DNA of 64,000 bases from positions 2,418 to 66,417 of the forward strand of contig CACPDB010000007.1 in assembly GCA_902632605.1 (NCBI GenBank). The letters run 5' to 3'. Origin of the DNA: an uncultured SAR86 cluster bacterium. Its GTDB lineage: Bacteria > Pseudomonadota > Gammaproteobacteria > Magnimaribacterales > AG-339-G14. Made by a program: the position numbers and the translations under genes. Numbering within the stretch: the stretch's first letter is position 1; every line of letters starts with the position of its first letter. Of this stretch, positions 20,846 through 30,127 are shown one piece after another. A model generated the notes under the pieces. The model ran no database searches, was not told the DNA's origin, and saw only the letters and a program-made list of their open reading frames with translations.

Positions 20846-21030
20846 AAAGCTTCTAATTTTGAAATCAATATTTCTAACTTATTTCTTGATAATTCTATAT
20901 TATCTTTTAATCGATTATTCTCTTTTTTAAGTCTTAAATTTTTGTTTCTTAGATCTTTATTTGCCTCTCTAAGTTTTTTAGAAAGTTCTAAAAGTTCCTT
21001 TAGATTTTTCTCTAATTCCTTCTGCGACAC
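20842..21030 (-). CDS. small coiled-coil protein, same position as the zapA-upstream gene I recall in Pseudomonas
   Basis: 62 aa with a heptad-rich K/E/L sequence. GTG start. Stop overlaps the zapA start by 4 nt. A comparable small gene, as I recall it, precedes zapA in Pseudomonas-type gene order. Confidence 0.5.
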   Translation of the reverse strand: MSQKELEKNLKELLELSKKLREANKDLRNKNLRLKKENNRLKDNIELSRNKLEILISKLEAL

Positions 21031-21097
21031 AAATATTATTTTATTCTTATATCAATAACGTTTCTATAAAGACTTTATATTAGAGTAAAATTCTTTT

Positions 21098-22378
21098 ATG
21101 GATATTTTTCTTGAAAGAAGAAAAAAATTAGCTGATCTTCTACCAGATGGATCAGTCACAATCATTCATTCAGCCAATCAAAAAATCAGAAATGGTGATA
21201 CTGACTATTCTTTCAGACAAGATAGTGATTTTTTGTATTTAACAAACTTCACAGAAGCCGATGCTGCATTAATTATTGAAAAAAAAGGAAATACAATTTT
21301 TCATCTTTTCTGTGCAGAAAAAGACGAGGTAAGAGAAAAATGGGAAGGACCTAGATTAGGTCCTGAAAATGTATCTCAGCTAGGCTTTGAAATAGGTCAT
21401 AAAATAAGTAATTTAATTTCAAAATCTGGGGATCTTCTAGAGGGAGCAAGTAATTTTTATTGTCAAAGTAAAAGTAGAAATAAAATGTTTTTTGCACTAA
21501 GTAAGGAGATTAAGAGAAAAAAAATCAACTTTTCTTTGAGTCGTGAACAAATTAAAGAGATTGATCCTTACATACATGAATTGAGACTTTTAAAATCTTC
21601 TGAAGAAATAAGTATCATTCAAAAAGCTTGTGATATTTCGTCTTCTGCTCATGAAAGAGCAATGAAAGCTGTAAAACCAGAGATGTATGAATATCAACTT
21701 GAGGCAGAATATCTTCACGAATTTATGGTTAATGGTGCAAAGGAATGTGCTTATCCTTCAATTGTCGGAGGAGGAGAAAATGCATGCATTCTTCATTACA
21801 GCAAGAATACAGATTTGCTAAAAGATGGTGATTTGGTTTTGGTCGATGCGGGCTGCGAATATAAGGGCTATGCGAGCGATATCACTAGAACTTTTCCTGT
21901 GAATGGAATATTTTCCCCAGAACAGAAACTTATTTATGAAATCGTTTTGGAATCTCAAAAACAGTCTATCGAAAGTATTTCAGAAAAATCCAACCCTCTT
22001 GAGACGCATAAAAAATCTTTAGAAGTTATTGTTGATGGACTATTAAGTTATGGATTGTTAAAGGGCAGTAAAGAAGAAGTCTTAGAAACTCAATCCTATT
22101 CGAAGTTCTATATGCACCGCGTTGGTCATTGGTTAGGCCTTGATGTGCATGATGTCGGTGGCTATGAAAAAGATGGCAAGGTAAGGTCTTACGAAAATGG
22201 AATGATTACGACCATAGAGCCAGGGATATACATCAGCAAAGAAGAAAACGTACCTGATAAATTTAAAGGAATTGGAATAAGAATTGAAGATGATGTGTTA
22301 GTTGAAAATAATCAGCCAAAAGTTCTAAGTTCAGCCATAAAAGAGCTTGATGACATTCAACAACTGATGGCGAGTTAA
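21098..22378 (+). CDS. pepP: Xaa-Pro aminopeptidase
   Basis: M24B motifs (DAGCEY.GYASDITRTFP, HRVGHWLGLDVHD, IEPG, IRIEDD). pepP-ubiH order as in E. coli and Pseudomonas. Confidence 0.9.
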   Translation: MDIFLERRKKLADLLPDGSVTIIHSANQKIRNGDTDYSFRQDSDFLYLTNFTEADAALIIEKKGNTIFHLFCAEKDEVREKWEGPRLGPENVSQLGFEIGHKISNLISKSGDLLEGASNFYCQSKSRNKMFFALSKEIKRKKINFSLSREQIKEIDPYIHELRLLKSSEEISIIQKACDISSSAHERAMKAVKPEMYEYQLEAEYLHEFMVNGAKECAYPSIVGGGENACILHYSKNTDLLKDGDLVLVDAGCEYKGYASDITRTFPVNGIFSPEQKLIYEIVLESQKQSIESISEKSNPLETHKKSLEVIVDGLLSYGLLKGSKEEVLETQSYSKFYMHRVGHWLGLDVHDVGGYEKDGKVRSYENGMITTIEPGIYISKEENVPDKFKGIGIRIEDDVLVENNQPKVLSSAIKELDDIQQLMAS

Positions 22379-23511
22379 TGAAATATGATGTCCTCATAGT
22401 TGGTGCTGGCGTAACCGGCGCCCTCCTTTTTCTTGCATTGAAGAATAAAAATATAAATGTCGGTCTTATAGATGGTCGAGATAAAGCACCAAACAGCTAT
22501 CGTCATCTGTCTCTTAATAACAAAAGTATGGAATTTCTGAAAGAGCTAGATGCATGGAATGTCATAAGTAAAACTGCTTTTGAATATAACCAGATAAAGG
22601 TTTGGGATCAAGAAGGTACTGGATTCATAGATTTCAATGTAAATGAATTGGAAAAAAATATTCCGAATATTGGCTTCATAGTCAAAGAAGGAGAAATTCA
22701 AAATTCCCTGTTATCTCTTGTTTCCGATTCAAAAGATCTTTTGTGGAGTTGTAATTTAGAAAAAATTGAAAAAATTAATGGAGATATTCATTGCGAAACA
22801 TCAAAGGGAAAGTTGGAGACAAAAATTTTAATAGGTGCAGATGGCATTCAATCAAGTGTAAGAAATTTTTCTTCGATTTCTTCAAGAACTTGGAGTTACA
22901 ATCAGACGGCGATAGTTGCCAACTTTTCTGTATCCCAAACAGACCCATGCATTAGACAAACTTTCACCTCGGTGGGACCGCTTGCTTTGCTGCCAATGAA
23001 TGAGACTGAACTTACCATGATATGGTCTATTGACGATACCAGGGCTTATGATTACTTGGGAATGAATGAGGATGATTTTATAAATGAAATTCATCAATCT
23101 TTCGGGGAAAAACTCCCAGAATTAAAATTCTCGACCAAAAGACAATCATTTCCCTTGAAACACCTTTCTGCAAAAACTTTTGCCAGAGATAACGTTTTTC
23201 TTGTGGGAGACGCTGCGCACCACATTCATCCGTTGGCAGGATTGGGGTTAAACGCAGGAATCGGTGATGTGAAATCTCTCTCGGATTTAATTACTCCTGA
23301 AAGTTTGCTTCAAGTTAAACAAATTGAAGACAAGTACAACCGACAAAGAATTCCAATCAATTTAGCCTTAGCAGCTGCTATGGAAGTCTTCAAAAGAGGT
23401 TTCGAGCAAAAAAATATTTGGATAAGACTCATCAGAAATCATGCCTTTAGTCTTACGAATAAACTCACTTTTTTAAAAAATAAATTTATTGAACTTGCTA
23501 CAGAACTTTAA
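22378..23511 (+). CDS. ubiH: UbiH/UbiF/VisC-family FAD-dependent ubiquinone-biosynthesis hydroxylase
   Basis: GxGxxG (VLIVGAGVTGA) and GDAAHHIHPLAGLGLNAGIGD. Follows pepP with a 1-nt overlap. The exact paralogue (ubiH, ubiF or visC) is not resolvable by eye. Confidence 0.8.
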   Translation: MKYDVLIVGAGVTGALLFLALKNKNINVGLIDGRDKAPNSYRHLSLNNKSMEFLKELDAWNVISKTAFEYNQIKVWDQEGTGFIDFNVNELEKNIPNIGFIVKEGEIQNSLLSLVSDSKDLLWSCNLEKIEKINGDIHCETSKGKLETKILIGADGIQSSVRNFSSISSRTWSYNQTAIVANFSVSQTDPCIRQTFTSVGPLALLPMNETELTMIWSIDDTRAYDYLGMNEDDFINEIHQSFGEKLPELKFSTKRQSFPLKHLSAKTFARDNVFLVGDAAHHIHPLAGLGLNAGIGDVKSLSDLITPESLLQVKQIEDKYNRQRIPINLALAAAMEVFKRGFEQKNIWIRLIRNHAFSLTNKLTFLKNKFIELATEL

Positions 23512-23522
23512 ATTTTAAAAAT

Positions 23523-24581
23523 TTATTTTTTCCAATAGCCTGTAATGTGCATTTGATCTTTAGAAACTCCTTTTTCTTTAAAGAATTTTCTTATCTTCAT
23601 CATTTGTCTAGCCTCACCCGCTCCAAAAATATAAAAATCATTTTTTGGAAGCTCATAAGCTTTCAAACTTTCTAATAACTTCTCTCCCTCGCCAGGTTCA
23701 TCGTCTTCTCGATGAATCCAATTTTCTAAAATTTTATTTTCTCCTTTAGTTGGAATTTGGCAACTCACATCAATAACCTCATAAAAAGTTGTACATTTAG
23801 AGAAATTTTTATTGTTTTCACTAATGACTTTCATAGCAGGAATGCCAGTTTCATCTGCTATTAAAATCAGATGACTAAATTTTTTAGATGGACTGAACAT
23901 TGTCCTAGGCCCCCATAAAATAGCCTGATCACCCGTCTTAGCTTTTTCAGCCCAATTACCTAAATTTCCTGAATGACTATGCAAGACAAACCACATTTTT
24001 ATTTCATCCTGACTAAAGTTTCTTATAGTGTAATAAGCACCAGCAGTTATTTTTTTCTCCTGAGACATCTGTTTTCTATAATCCTCCATCGAGTAATCTT
24101 TATCTAAAAAAGTTTTTCTTTTATCTAAGGGAACGATAACAAACAAAAATTCGTCATTATTTTGAGTTTCAAGATTCCTGAAATCTCCTCTAAAAGAAAT
24201 TTCTTTTATATTTTTAGATATGAATTTTGTCTCATTAACTTCTGAGTAAAAAGATAATGAGTGCAATGACTTTTCAATATCTTTTTCGATTTTTGTTTTA
24301 GGAAAATCAGATCCTAATTTTTCTCTTGCCTGATAAATGAGCCCTATAAAAAAAGTTTTAAAATCAAGTGTTTTTGAATTCAGATCTAAATCTAAAACTA
24401 AATACTCTTCCTTCTTGTTTTTATTTGTTGTTTTTAAATTTAATTGTTTATTTTCAGAGATTATTATTTCTGCAGATAAGTGCTGATCATTTGATAGGTA
24501 ATTAGCCACCATAAGAATTGCATCACTATGATTGCTATTATAATTATCAACGAAGAGTGTTATTTCCTTAGAATCATTCAT
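23523..24581 (-). CDS. siderophore-interacting (SIP/ViuB-type) FAD reductase with an N-terminal DUF2470-like domain
   Basis: The C-terminal two thirds carry FAD_binding_9/SIP features (AYYTIRNF, GNLGNWAEKAKTGDQAILWGP, LIADETGIPA, terminal ITGYWKK). The first ~100 aa (VDNYNSNHSDAILMVANYL...LIYQAREK) resemble DUF2470. I place the start at Met17 (24581) because the listed ATG at 24629 lies inside the Fur box. Confidence 0.78.
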   Translation of the reverse strand: MNDSKEITLFVDNYNSNHSDAILMVANYLSNDQHLSAEIIISENKQLNLKTTNKNKKEEYLVLDLDLNSKTLDFKTFFIGLIYQAREKLGSDFPKTKIEKDIEKSLHSLSFYSEVNETKFISKNIKEISFRGDFRNLETQNNDEFLFVIVPLDKRKTFLDKDYSMEDYRKQMSQEKKITAGAYYTIRNFSQDEIKMWFVLHSHSGNLGNWAEKAKTGDQAILWGPRTMFSPSKKFSHLILIADETGIPAMKVISENNKNFSKCTTFYEVIDVSCQIPTKGENKILENWIHREDDEPGEGEKLLESLKAYELPKNDFYIFGAGEARQMMKIRKFFKEKGVSKDQMHITGYWKK

Positions 24582-24611
24582 AGGTAATTTTATAAAACTA
24601 ATTGAATCATA

Positions 24612-24630
24612 AATGATAATCGTTATCATT
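24612..24630. promoter_or_regulatory. Fur box in the divergent spacer
   Basis: AATGATAATCGTTATCATT is a near-perfect inverted repeat (AATGATAA/TTATCATT) matching the 19-bp Fur consensus GATAATGATAATCATTATC in shifted register. It lies 21 nt from the ATG at 24651 and 31 nt from the ATG at 24581. Confidence 0.72.
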
Positions 24631-24650
24631 TAACAAAGGAATTAAATATT

Positions 24651-25733
24651 ATGAAATTACTAAATGCTCTATTAGTCTTGTTACTTTCTTTTTCATCACT
24701 ATCTTTGAGTGATAAAAATTATGTTTTTGGCTGGTCTCAAATAGAAGATGAAAAACTTAAAACTCCAAGAGGTGGTTCTACAAAAGGTCCCGCTGTTGAG
24801 CTCGACTTATCTTCAAGCGCTGCATGGGAAAAACTTCAAGAAAAAGGCATCAGTAAGTTTGAAAAGGATAGAAGAGCTATTCTGGCGATGTTGGGTGAAT
24901 ATAGAGTTTACTTTGATTTCATGGAAACCATGGGTTTTACAGAAGGTTATAACCCGAGTAGACCCTATCAATCTTGGGCAACTGAGTTTGTGACTCTTGT
25001 GGAAGATAAAAAAGAATTCATTAGCCTGCAACACATCTTAGTGATATTCACTGAGAACGAAGATGGTTCATTATCAAAGCCAATGGTTGTAAAACACTGG
25101 CGTCAAGACTGGAAGTATCAAGATAGAAACTTGAATGAATACAAAGGCTTCAATAAATGGGTTAATAAAAGATATCCCTCTTTTGCAGTAAAAGGTTCTT
25201 GGTCTCAGTCTGTATATCAGGTTGATGACTCACCTCGTTATCAAAGCTATGGGGTTTGGAATCATCAGGAGAACCTTTCCTCCTGGAAAAGTAAAGATAC
25301 TTGGCGACCACTTCCTAGGAGAGAATTTTCTATAAGAGATGATTATGACGTTTTAATTGGTACTAATCTTAAAACTATTACTCCAAATGGCTGGGTTCAT
25401 GAACAAAATAATAAAAAAGTAGTATTAGACGAAAATTCAGAAATACTTGAAGTTTTATCAAAAGAGATTGGACTTGCTAGGTATGAAAGAATCAAAGGGC
25501 ACGATTGGTCAGCTGGAAAAGACTATTGGCAGGCTACTTCCGAGTTTTGGGTAAAAGTTAGAGCTTATTGGTCTGATCTTTTAAGAGAATCAAAGACATT
25601 AGAATTAGCTAAAGAAAAGGACGGTTTAAGTTTATTTGCGAAGTTATTTGCTATGGCAGACGCATTTAAAAAAGGAGATGCAGGTCAACTCGAAGAAATT
25701 AATAGCTCAATTGATTCTTATAGAATCAATTAA
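24651..25733 (+). CDS. secreted protein of unknown function (Trp-rich), Fur-box adjacent
   Basis: 360 aa. N-terminal signal peptide MKLLNALLVLLLSFSSLSLS. 15 Trp residues. I recognise no catalytic motif. Confidence 0.7.
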   Translation: MKLLNALLVLLLSFSSLSLSDKNYVFGWSQIEDEKLKTPRGGSTKGPAVELDLSSSAAWEKLQEKGISKFEKDRRAILAMLGEYRVYFDFMETMGFTEGYNPSRPYQSWATEFVTLVEDKKEFISLQHILVIFTENEDGSLSKPMVVKHWRQDWKYQDRNLNEYKGFNKWVNKRYPSFAVKGSWSQSVYQVDDSPRYQSYGVWNHQENLSSWKSKDTWRPLPRREFSIRDDYDVLIGTNLKTITPNGWVHEQNNKKVVLDENSEILEVLSKEIGLARYERIKGHDWSAGKDYWQATSEFWVKVRAYWSDLLRESKTLELAKEKDGLSLFAKLFAMADAFKKGDAGQLEEINSSIDSYRIN

Positions 25734-25734
25734 A

Positions 25735-26253
25735 CTAAATTAAATTTTCTGCAAATTTTTTTACCCTGTCCCAATCTGTAAATTCGAAACGTGCTTTGGT
25801 ATCTGTAGGCCCACTTGTGATCCACATTATTAACCTAATCATGAATTTATCAAAAAAATTATAGACTGGATAATCCACTACCCCAGCAAATACATCTATA
25901 TTTTTTGGTTTCCATTTTGTAACTTTTAAGAACTTATTTACATATGGGTTGGATTCAGCTCTATTCTTCTCACTTTTTCTTGCAACTACGTTAACGCTAA
26001 AAAATGCATTTTCTTTTGCATTGAGATCTTCAAGATTCTTTTCTATAAATTCAAATAAATCTTTACGGTAATTTCCATACCTTATACTGGCTCCAATTAT
26101 GATTTGTTGATAATTTTTCAGACTTAATGTTTTCGCTTCCGACAAAGAAACCAAATCAACCTTTTTTGATTCACTCAAATATTCTGCAATCTTGGAAGAA
26201 ATTTTTTTGGTGTGGCCATCTATCGAAGAAAAAACAATAAGAGTATTTTTCAT
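25735..26253 (-). CDS. hemG: protoporphyrinogen IX dehydrogenase (quinone-dependent, flavodoxin-like)
   Basis: 172 aa, collinear with E. coli HemG as I recall it: LIVFSSIDGHTKKI, IIGASIRYG.Y, the VNVVARK..K loop, and FDKFMIRLIMW. Confidence 0.9.
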   Translation of the reverse strand: MKNTLIVFSSIDGHTKKISSKIAEYLSESKKVDLVSLSEAKTLSLKNYQQIIIGASIRYGNYRKDLFEFIEKNLEDLNAKENAFFSVNVVARKSEKNRAESNPYVNKFLKVTKWKPKNIDVFAGVVDYPVYNFFDKFMIRLIMWITSGPTDTKARFEFTDWDRVKKFAENLI

Positions 26254-26254
26254 G

Positions 26255-27073
26255 CTATTTCCATTTAGCAGTTGGAGGCATAGACATCAAAATTGCTTCA
26301 GTGGAGCCCCCAGTTTTTAGTCCAAACAAAGTTCCTCTATCCCAAATCAGATTAAACTCTACATAACGACCTCTCTTTAGGAGCTGCTGCTCTTTTTCTT
26401 CTTCAGTCCAATTTAAATCTTTTTTCCCAGAAACTGTTTCTTTAATAACGTTCAAAGTGGTTAAACCAAGCTCTTTTACAAAACTGAAGTCTTCTTCCCA
26501 GTTTCCGGTATTCAGATGGTCAAAAAAGATACCACCAACTCCTCTAGGTTCATCTCTGTGAGCAAGGTAGAAATATTCATCACAATTTTTTTTAAAATCC
26601 GGGTAATAATCATTATTGGATTTATCGCATGCTTCTTTTAGTTTGGCATGAAAAAACTTAGTTTCATTTTCGTCAGGAATTGATGGAGTCATATCTGTTC
26701 CACCTCCAAACCAATTTTCACCAGTTGCTAAAAATCTTGTATTAAAATGAAAAGCCGGTACCTTCGGCGATTGCATATGGGCAACCAAACTGATCCCAGA
26801 GGCCCAATAATTTGCTGATCTCTCCGTTCCCTTAATCTGAGATTTAAAATCATCAGAAAATTCACCCGCAACAGTCGAGATATTTACCCCAACCTTTTCA
26901 AACACCTCGCCTTTCAGAATACTTATCTCACCACCGCCCGAGCCTTTATGATCCCATTTTTTTCTTTTAAACTTACCGCCATCCAATTCTTCAAAGGCAG
27001 CGCAAAATTGATCTCTCAAAGATCTGAACCATTGAGATGCCAAATCTTTTTTTTCATCTAAACTGCTGGTCAT
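26255..27073 (-). CDS. hemF: oxygen-dependent coproporphyrinogen-III oxidase
   Basis: Coprogen_oxidase motifs: GGGEISILKGEVFEKVGVN, H..SP.VPA.HFN.RF, WFGGG.D.TP, GVGGIFFD, NL.WDRGT.FGL. Confidence 0.92.
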   Translation of the reverse strand: MTSSLDEKKDLASQWFRSLRDQFCAAFEELDGGKFKRKKWDHKGSGGGEISILKGEVFEKVGVNISTVAGEFSDDFKSQIKGTERSANYWASGISLVAHMQSPKVPAFHFNTRFLATGENWFGGGTDMTPSIPDENETKFFHAKLKEACDKSNNDYYPDFKKNCDEYFYLAHRDEPRGVGGIFFDHLNTGNWEEDFSFVKELGLTTLNVIKETVSGKKDLNWTEEEKEQQLLKRGRYVEFNLIWDRGTLFGLKTGGSTEAILMSMPPTAKWK

Positions 27074-28086
27074 AATTGAGATATTTTATTTGTAATTAAA
27101 TTATTTATGGCTTCAACATGCTCGTTATTATCATTTAAGCAAGCTATGTAATTGAAAACCTCCCCTCCTGAATCCAAGAATATTTCTTTATTCTCCTCAT
27201 CGATTTCTTCAATGGTTTCTAAACAATCCATACTAAACCCAGGCGATAAAATTAAGATTTTCTTTACTCCTTCTTTTGGTAATTTTTCCATCAGTTCACT
27301 TGTGTAGGGTTTTAGCCATTCTCTTCCAGCTGCTGCCAATCTCGATTGAAAACTGGTGATGTACTGATTTTCTTCAAGCCCTAGTGCTTCTGCAACTAAG
27401 CGAGAAGTCTTCTGACAAAAACAGTGGTAAGGATCTCCTTCGTCAAAGTACTTTTTGGGAATGCCATGATAAGAAAAAACTAACTTATCCTGTTTTCCGT
27501 AGAATTCATGATTTTTAATACTTTTAGCTAATGCGTTTATATATTCAAAGTTGTCATGATAACCGCTTACAAAATGCAGACTAGGCACCCACCGCCATCT
27601 GGAAAGAATTGTACTCACCTTATCGAATATTGTTGCAGCGGTCACCGCAGAATATTGAGGAAACAAAGGTAAGAGTAAAATTTTACGACAATTTTTCTCT
27701 TTCAAGCTAAATAAAGCTTTTTCAAGACTTGGATTTCCATAGCGCATGGCTAACTCAAATTCTATAAATTCGGATTTTTCATTCAGGTTTTTTATTTTGC
27801 TTAAAAATCTCTTTGAATAAACCAGCAACGGTGAGCCTTCTTCAAGCCATACTGATTTATAAAGAGCTGCAGATTTTCTTGGTCTGAAAGGCAAAATAAA
27901 CAAGTTTAGTACGAGCCACCAGATTATTTTTGGTACTTCTATGACTCTTGTATCTGACAAAAATTCCCTAAGGTATTTTCTAACATCTTTTATGGAGTAA
28001 CTATCTGGCGAACCAAGATTACAGATAATCACCCCAATTTTTTGTTTGTCTTCGTGGGAAAAATTCTCTTCGCCTAAAAAACTCAT
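27070..28086 (-). CDS. hemH: ferrochelatase
   Basis: IGVIICNLGSPDS, LPLFPQYS, SYHGIP and D.Y motifs. I start it at the ATG at 28086, which forms an ATGA overlap with the hemE stop, rather than the listed 28167, which would lie inside hemE. Confidence 0.92.
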   Translation of the reverse strand: MSFLGEENFSHEDKQKIGVIICNLGSPDSYSIKDVRKYLREFLSDTRVIEVPKIIWWLVLNLFILPFRPRKSAALYKSVWLEEGSPLLVYSKRFLSKIKNLNEKSEFIEFELAMRYGNPSLEKALFSLKEKNCRKILLLPLFPQYSAVTAATIFDKVSTILSRWRWVPSLHFVSGYHDNFEYINALAKSIKNHEFYGKQDKLVFSYHGIPKKYFDEGDPYHCFCQKTSRLVAEALGLEENQYITSFQSRLAAAGREWLKPYTSELMEKLPKEGVKKILILSPGFSMDCLETIEEIDEENKEIFLDSGGEVFNYIACLNDNNEHVEAINNLITNKISQL

Positions 28087-29102
28087 AGATAAGACCTTAC
28101 CTTTTTTACAAAGTGTTTTACATTTTCTTGTGGTGTCGTCTTGATTACACCATGTCCCAATCCACATACCCAGCCATTTCTGTCTTCGATCGAAAGAGTA
28201 GAAATTTCTTCAAGGAATAAATTTAGTGCTTTATCAAATTCGTTGAAATCTTGTGAGATAAGTTTTTCACTAAAATTACCTTGGATGAAACCATCTTTCC
28301 TTTTTGCAAAAATATCTTGAATGCTAACATTTGAATCTACTCCTATTCCTGCAAAAGGAACTTCGGAGCTGTCAGTAGCAGCAAAAATCTGATCATAAGA
28401 AACTCCATCTTTTGCATAGTAACCAACTCGATTTGGAAACGACTTTACCAACTCGTTTAAAATTTTTTGTAAATAAATGGACAAATCATCTTTACCAAGC
28501 TGGTGCGCACAAGAATCAAAAATCATTACCAGCTCAGCTCCAGCTCTTAATTGCAGTAAAATATTTTGATGTAAAAGAGGATAGATATGTTCCTCAAGAA
28601 TTGACCATTGATAACTTTTTAACTTATCTGATTTTTCTAGTTTATTTTTCGCTGAGGCAAAAGACAACAATGTCCATGGTCCACCGATGAAGCCAATCAT
28701 CGACTTATCATCTGGAAGTAGGTCAATCGTTCTTTCTATTGCCTCTCCTTGGAATTCCAAAGAAGAAATGGGATTTTTATTGCTAAGAATTTTTGAGGTA
28801 TTTTTCTCTGATAAATGTTCTTTAAATATTGGACCTGGATCATAAATCAAATCCATACCCAAAGATTCCAAGGGAAACAGAATGTCGCTAAACAAAATAG
28901 CTACATCAAAATCGAATTCTTCTATTGGTCCCAAAGCAGTTTGAGCAGATAAAGCTGGACTTTTACAAAGCTCAACAAAAGAATGAGATTTCTTAAGATT
29001 TTGATAATGATCATGGTATCTTCCAGCTTGACGCATAAACCAGATAGGCGGAATTTCCTGAGGAACCCGATTCAAAGCATTTTCAAACCTAGAGTTAGGC
29101 AT
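28083..29102 (-). CDS. hemE: uroporphyrinogen decarboxylase
   Basis: N-terminal PPIWFMRQAGRY signature. 339 aa. Confidence 0.95.
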   Translation of the reverse strand: MPNSRFENALNRVPQEIPPIWFMRQAGRYHDHYQNLKKSHSFVELCKSPALSAQTALGPIEEFDFDVAILFSDILFPLESLGMDLIYDPGPIFKEHLSEKNTSKILSNKNPISSLEFQGEAIERTIDLLPDDKSMIGFIGGPWTLLSFASAKNKLEKSDKLKSYQWSILEEHIYPLLHQNILLQLRAGAELVMIFDSCAHQLGKDDLSIYLQKILNELVKSFPNRVGYYAKDGVSYDQIFAATDSSEVPFAGIGVDSNVSIQDIFAKRKDGFIQGNFSEKLISQDFNEFDKALNLFLEEISTLSIEDRNGWVCGLGHGVIKTTPQENVKHFVKKVRSYL

Positions 29103-29109
29103 ATTAAAA

Positions 29110-30105
29110 TTATAGATTTTTTGCTATCTCTTTTGCGGCATAAGTTAAGATGCAATCTGCACCAGCTCGCTTACATGAAAGAAGCGATTCAAACATTACG
29201 TCTTCACCCAGCCAATTTTTTTCGACCGCTGCTTTCAACATAGCGTATTCTCCGCTTACTTGGTAAGCAAATGTAGGCATTAAAAATGTATCTTTTACTG
29301 CCTTTAAAACGTCAAGATAGGGCAAAGCTGGTTTTACCATAACAATGTCAGCGCCCTCATTTATATCCAAGGCAACCTCATGAAGCGCTTCATCAATATT
29401 TGCTACAGCCATTTGATAAGTATCTTTTGTTTTATTGCCAAAAAATTTTGCGGATTCTACTGCTTCCTTGAAAGGACCATAAAATTTTGAACTGTATTTT
29501 GCTGAGTAAGCTAAAATCATAGTATTTTTAAAATCCTTTTCTTCTAGAGTTTTTCTTATGACTCCTATTCTGCCATCCATCATATCGGAAGGAGCAATGA
29601 TGTCAGTGCCAGCTTTTGCAAGCTTCAATGCCTGATCCTCTAGAATTTTAAGTGTCGCATCATTATCAACATCGCCATCTGAATTTAATACGCCATCGTG
29701 CCCATGAGTTGTGTAAGGATCTAAAGCCACGTCAGCAATAACTAGGATTTCTGGAAAGTTTTGTTTTATTGTCTTTATGACGTTATTAAGAAAATTATCT
29801 TCATTTGTTGCCTCAGAACCTTTCTCGTCTTTTTTTTCTTCATCGATCACAGGAAAAACGGCCACCGCTTTAATTCCTAAATTCACAAGTTCTTCAATTT
29901 CTTTAAGAATACTTTTTTCTGAGTGTCTAAAAATTCCAACTAGAGATTCTATTTCTTCTTTTTCTTTAATAGATTCCTTTACAAAAATAGGTTGAATTAA
30001 ATCATCAGTGGATAGTTTATTTTCTGCTACGAGATCTCTAATAGATTTATTCGATCGTAGTCTTCTGAGCCTCGAAAGAGGATATTTTCTTTTAAAATTT
30101 GCCAT
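29110..30105 (-). CDS. hemB: porphobilinogen synthase (ALA dehydratase)
   Basis: RLRRLR...LI.P.FV, SDMMDGR, and VKPALPYLDV with the active-site Lys context. 331 aa. Confidence 0.95.
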   Translation of the reverse strand: MANFKRKYPLSRLRRLRSNKSIRDLVAENKLSTDDLIQPIFVKESIKEKEEIESLVGIFRHSEKSILKEIEELVNLGIKAVAVFPVIDEEKKDEKGSEATNEDNFLNNVIKTIKQNFPEILVIADVALDPYTTHGHDGVLNSDGDVDNDATLKILEDQALKLAKAGTDIIAPSDMMDGRIGVIRKTLEEKDFKNTMILAYSAKYSSKFYGPFKEAVESAKFFGNKTKDTYQMAVANIDEALHEVALDINEGADIVMVKPALPYLDVLKAVKDTFLMPTFAYQVSGEYAMLKAAVEKNWLGEDVMFESLLSCKRAGADCILTYAAKEIAKNL

Positions 30106-30127
30106 ACCAGGTAAATAGGTGCGTAGC

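Noticed and set aside
20789-21058. 89-aa plus-strand ORF across zapA and the coiled-coil gene
   Set aside because: It is antisense to two genes that fit conserved synteny. Its Leu/Phe/Ser-rich translation is the complement of a Lys/Glu-rich coiled coil.
24582-24629. 16-codon N-terminal extension of the SIP reductase ORF (MITIIIYDSISFIKLP)
   Set aside because: The upstream ATG and first codons are the Fur-box palindrome read as protein. Met17 (MNDSKEITLF) is the more plausible start, though neither start has a strong SD.
28087-28167. 27-codon N-terminal extension of the ferrochelatase ORF
   Set aside because: The extension lies inside hemE and has no similarity to ferrochelatase N-termini. 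The ATG at 28086 gives an ATGA coupling with the hemE stop and a normal-length HemH.
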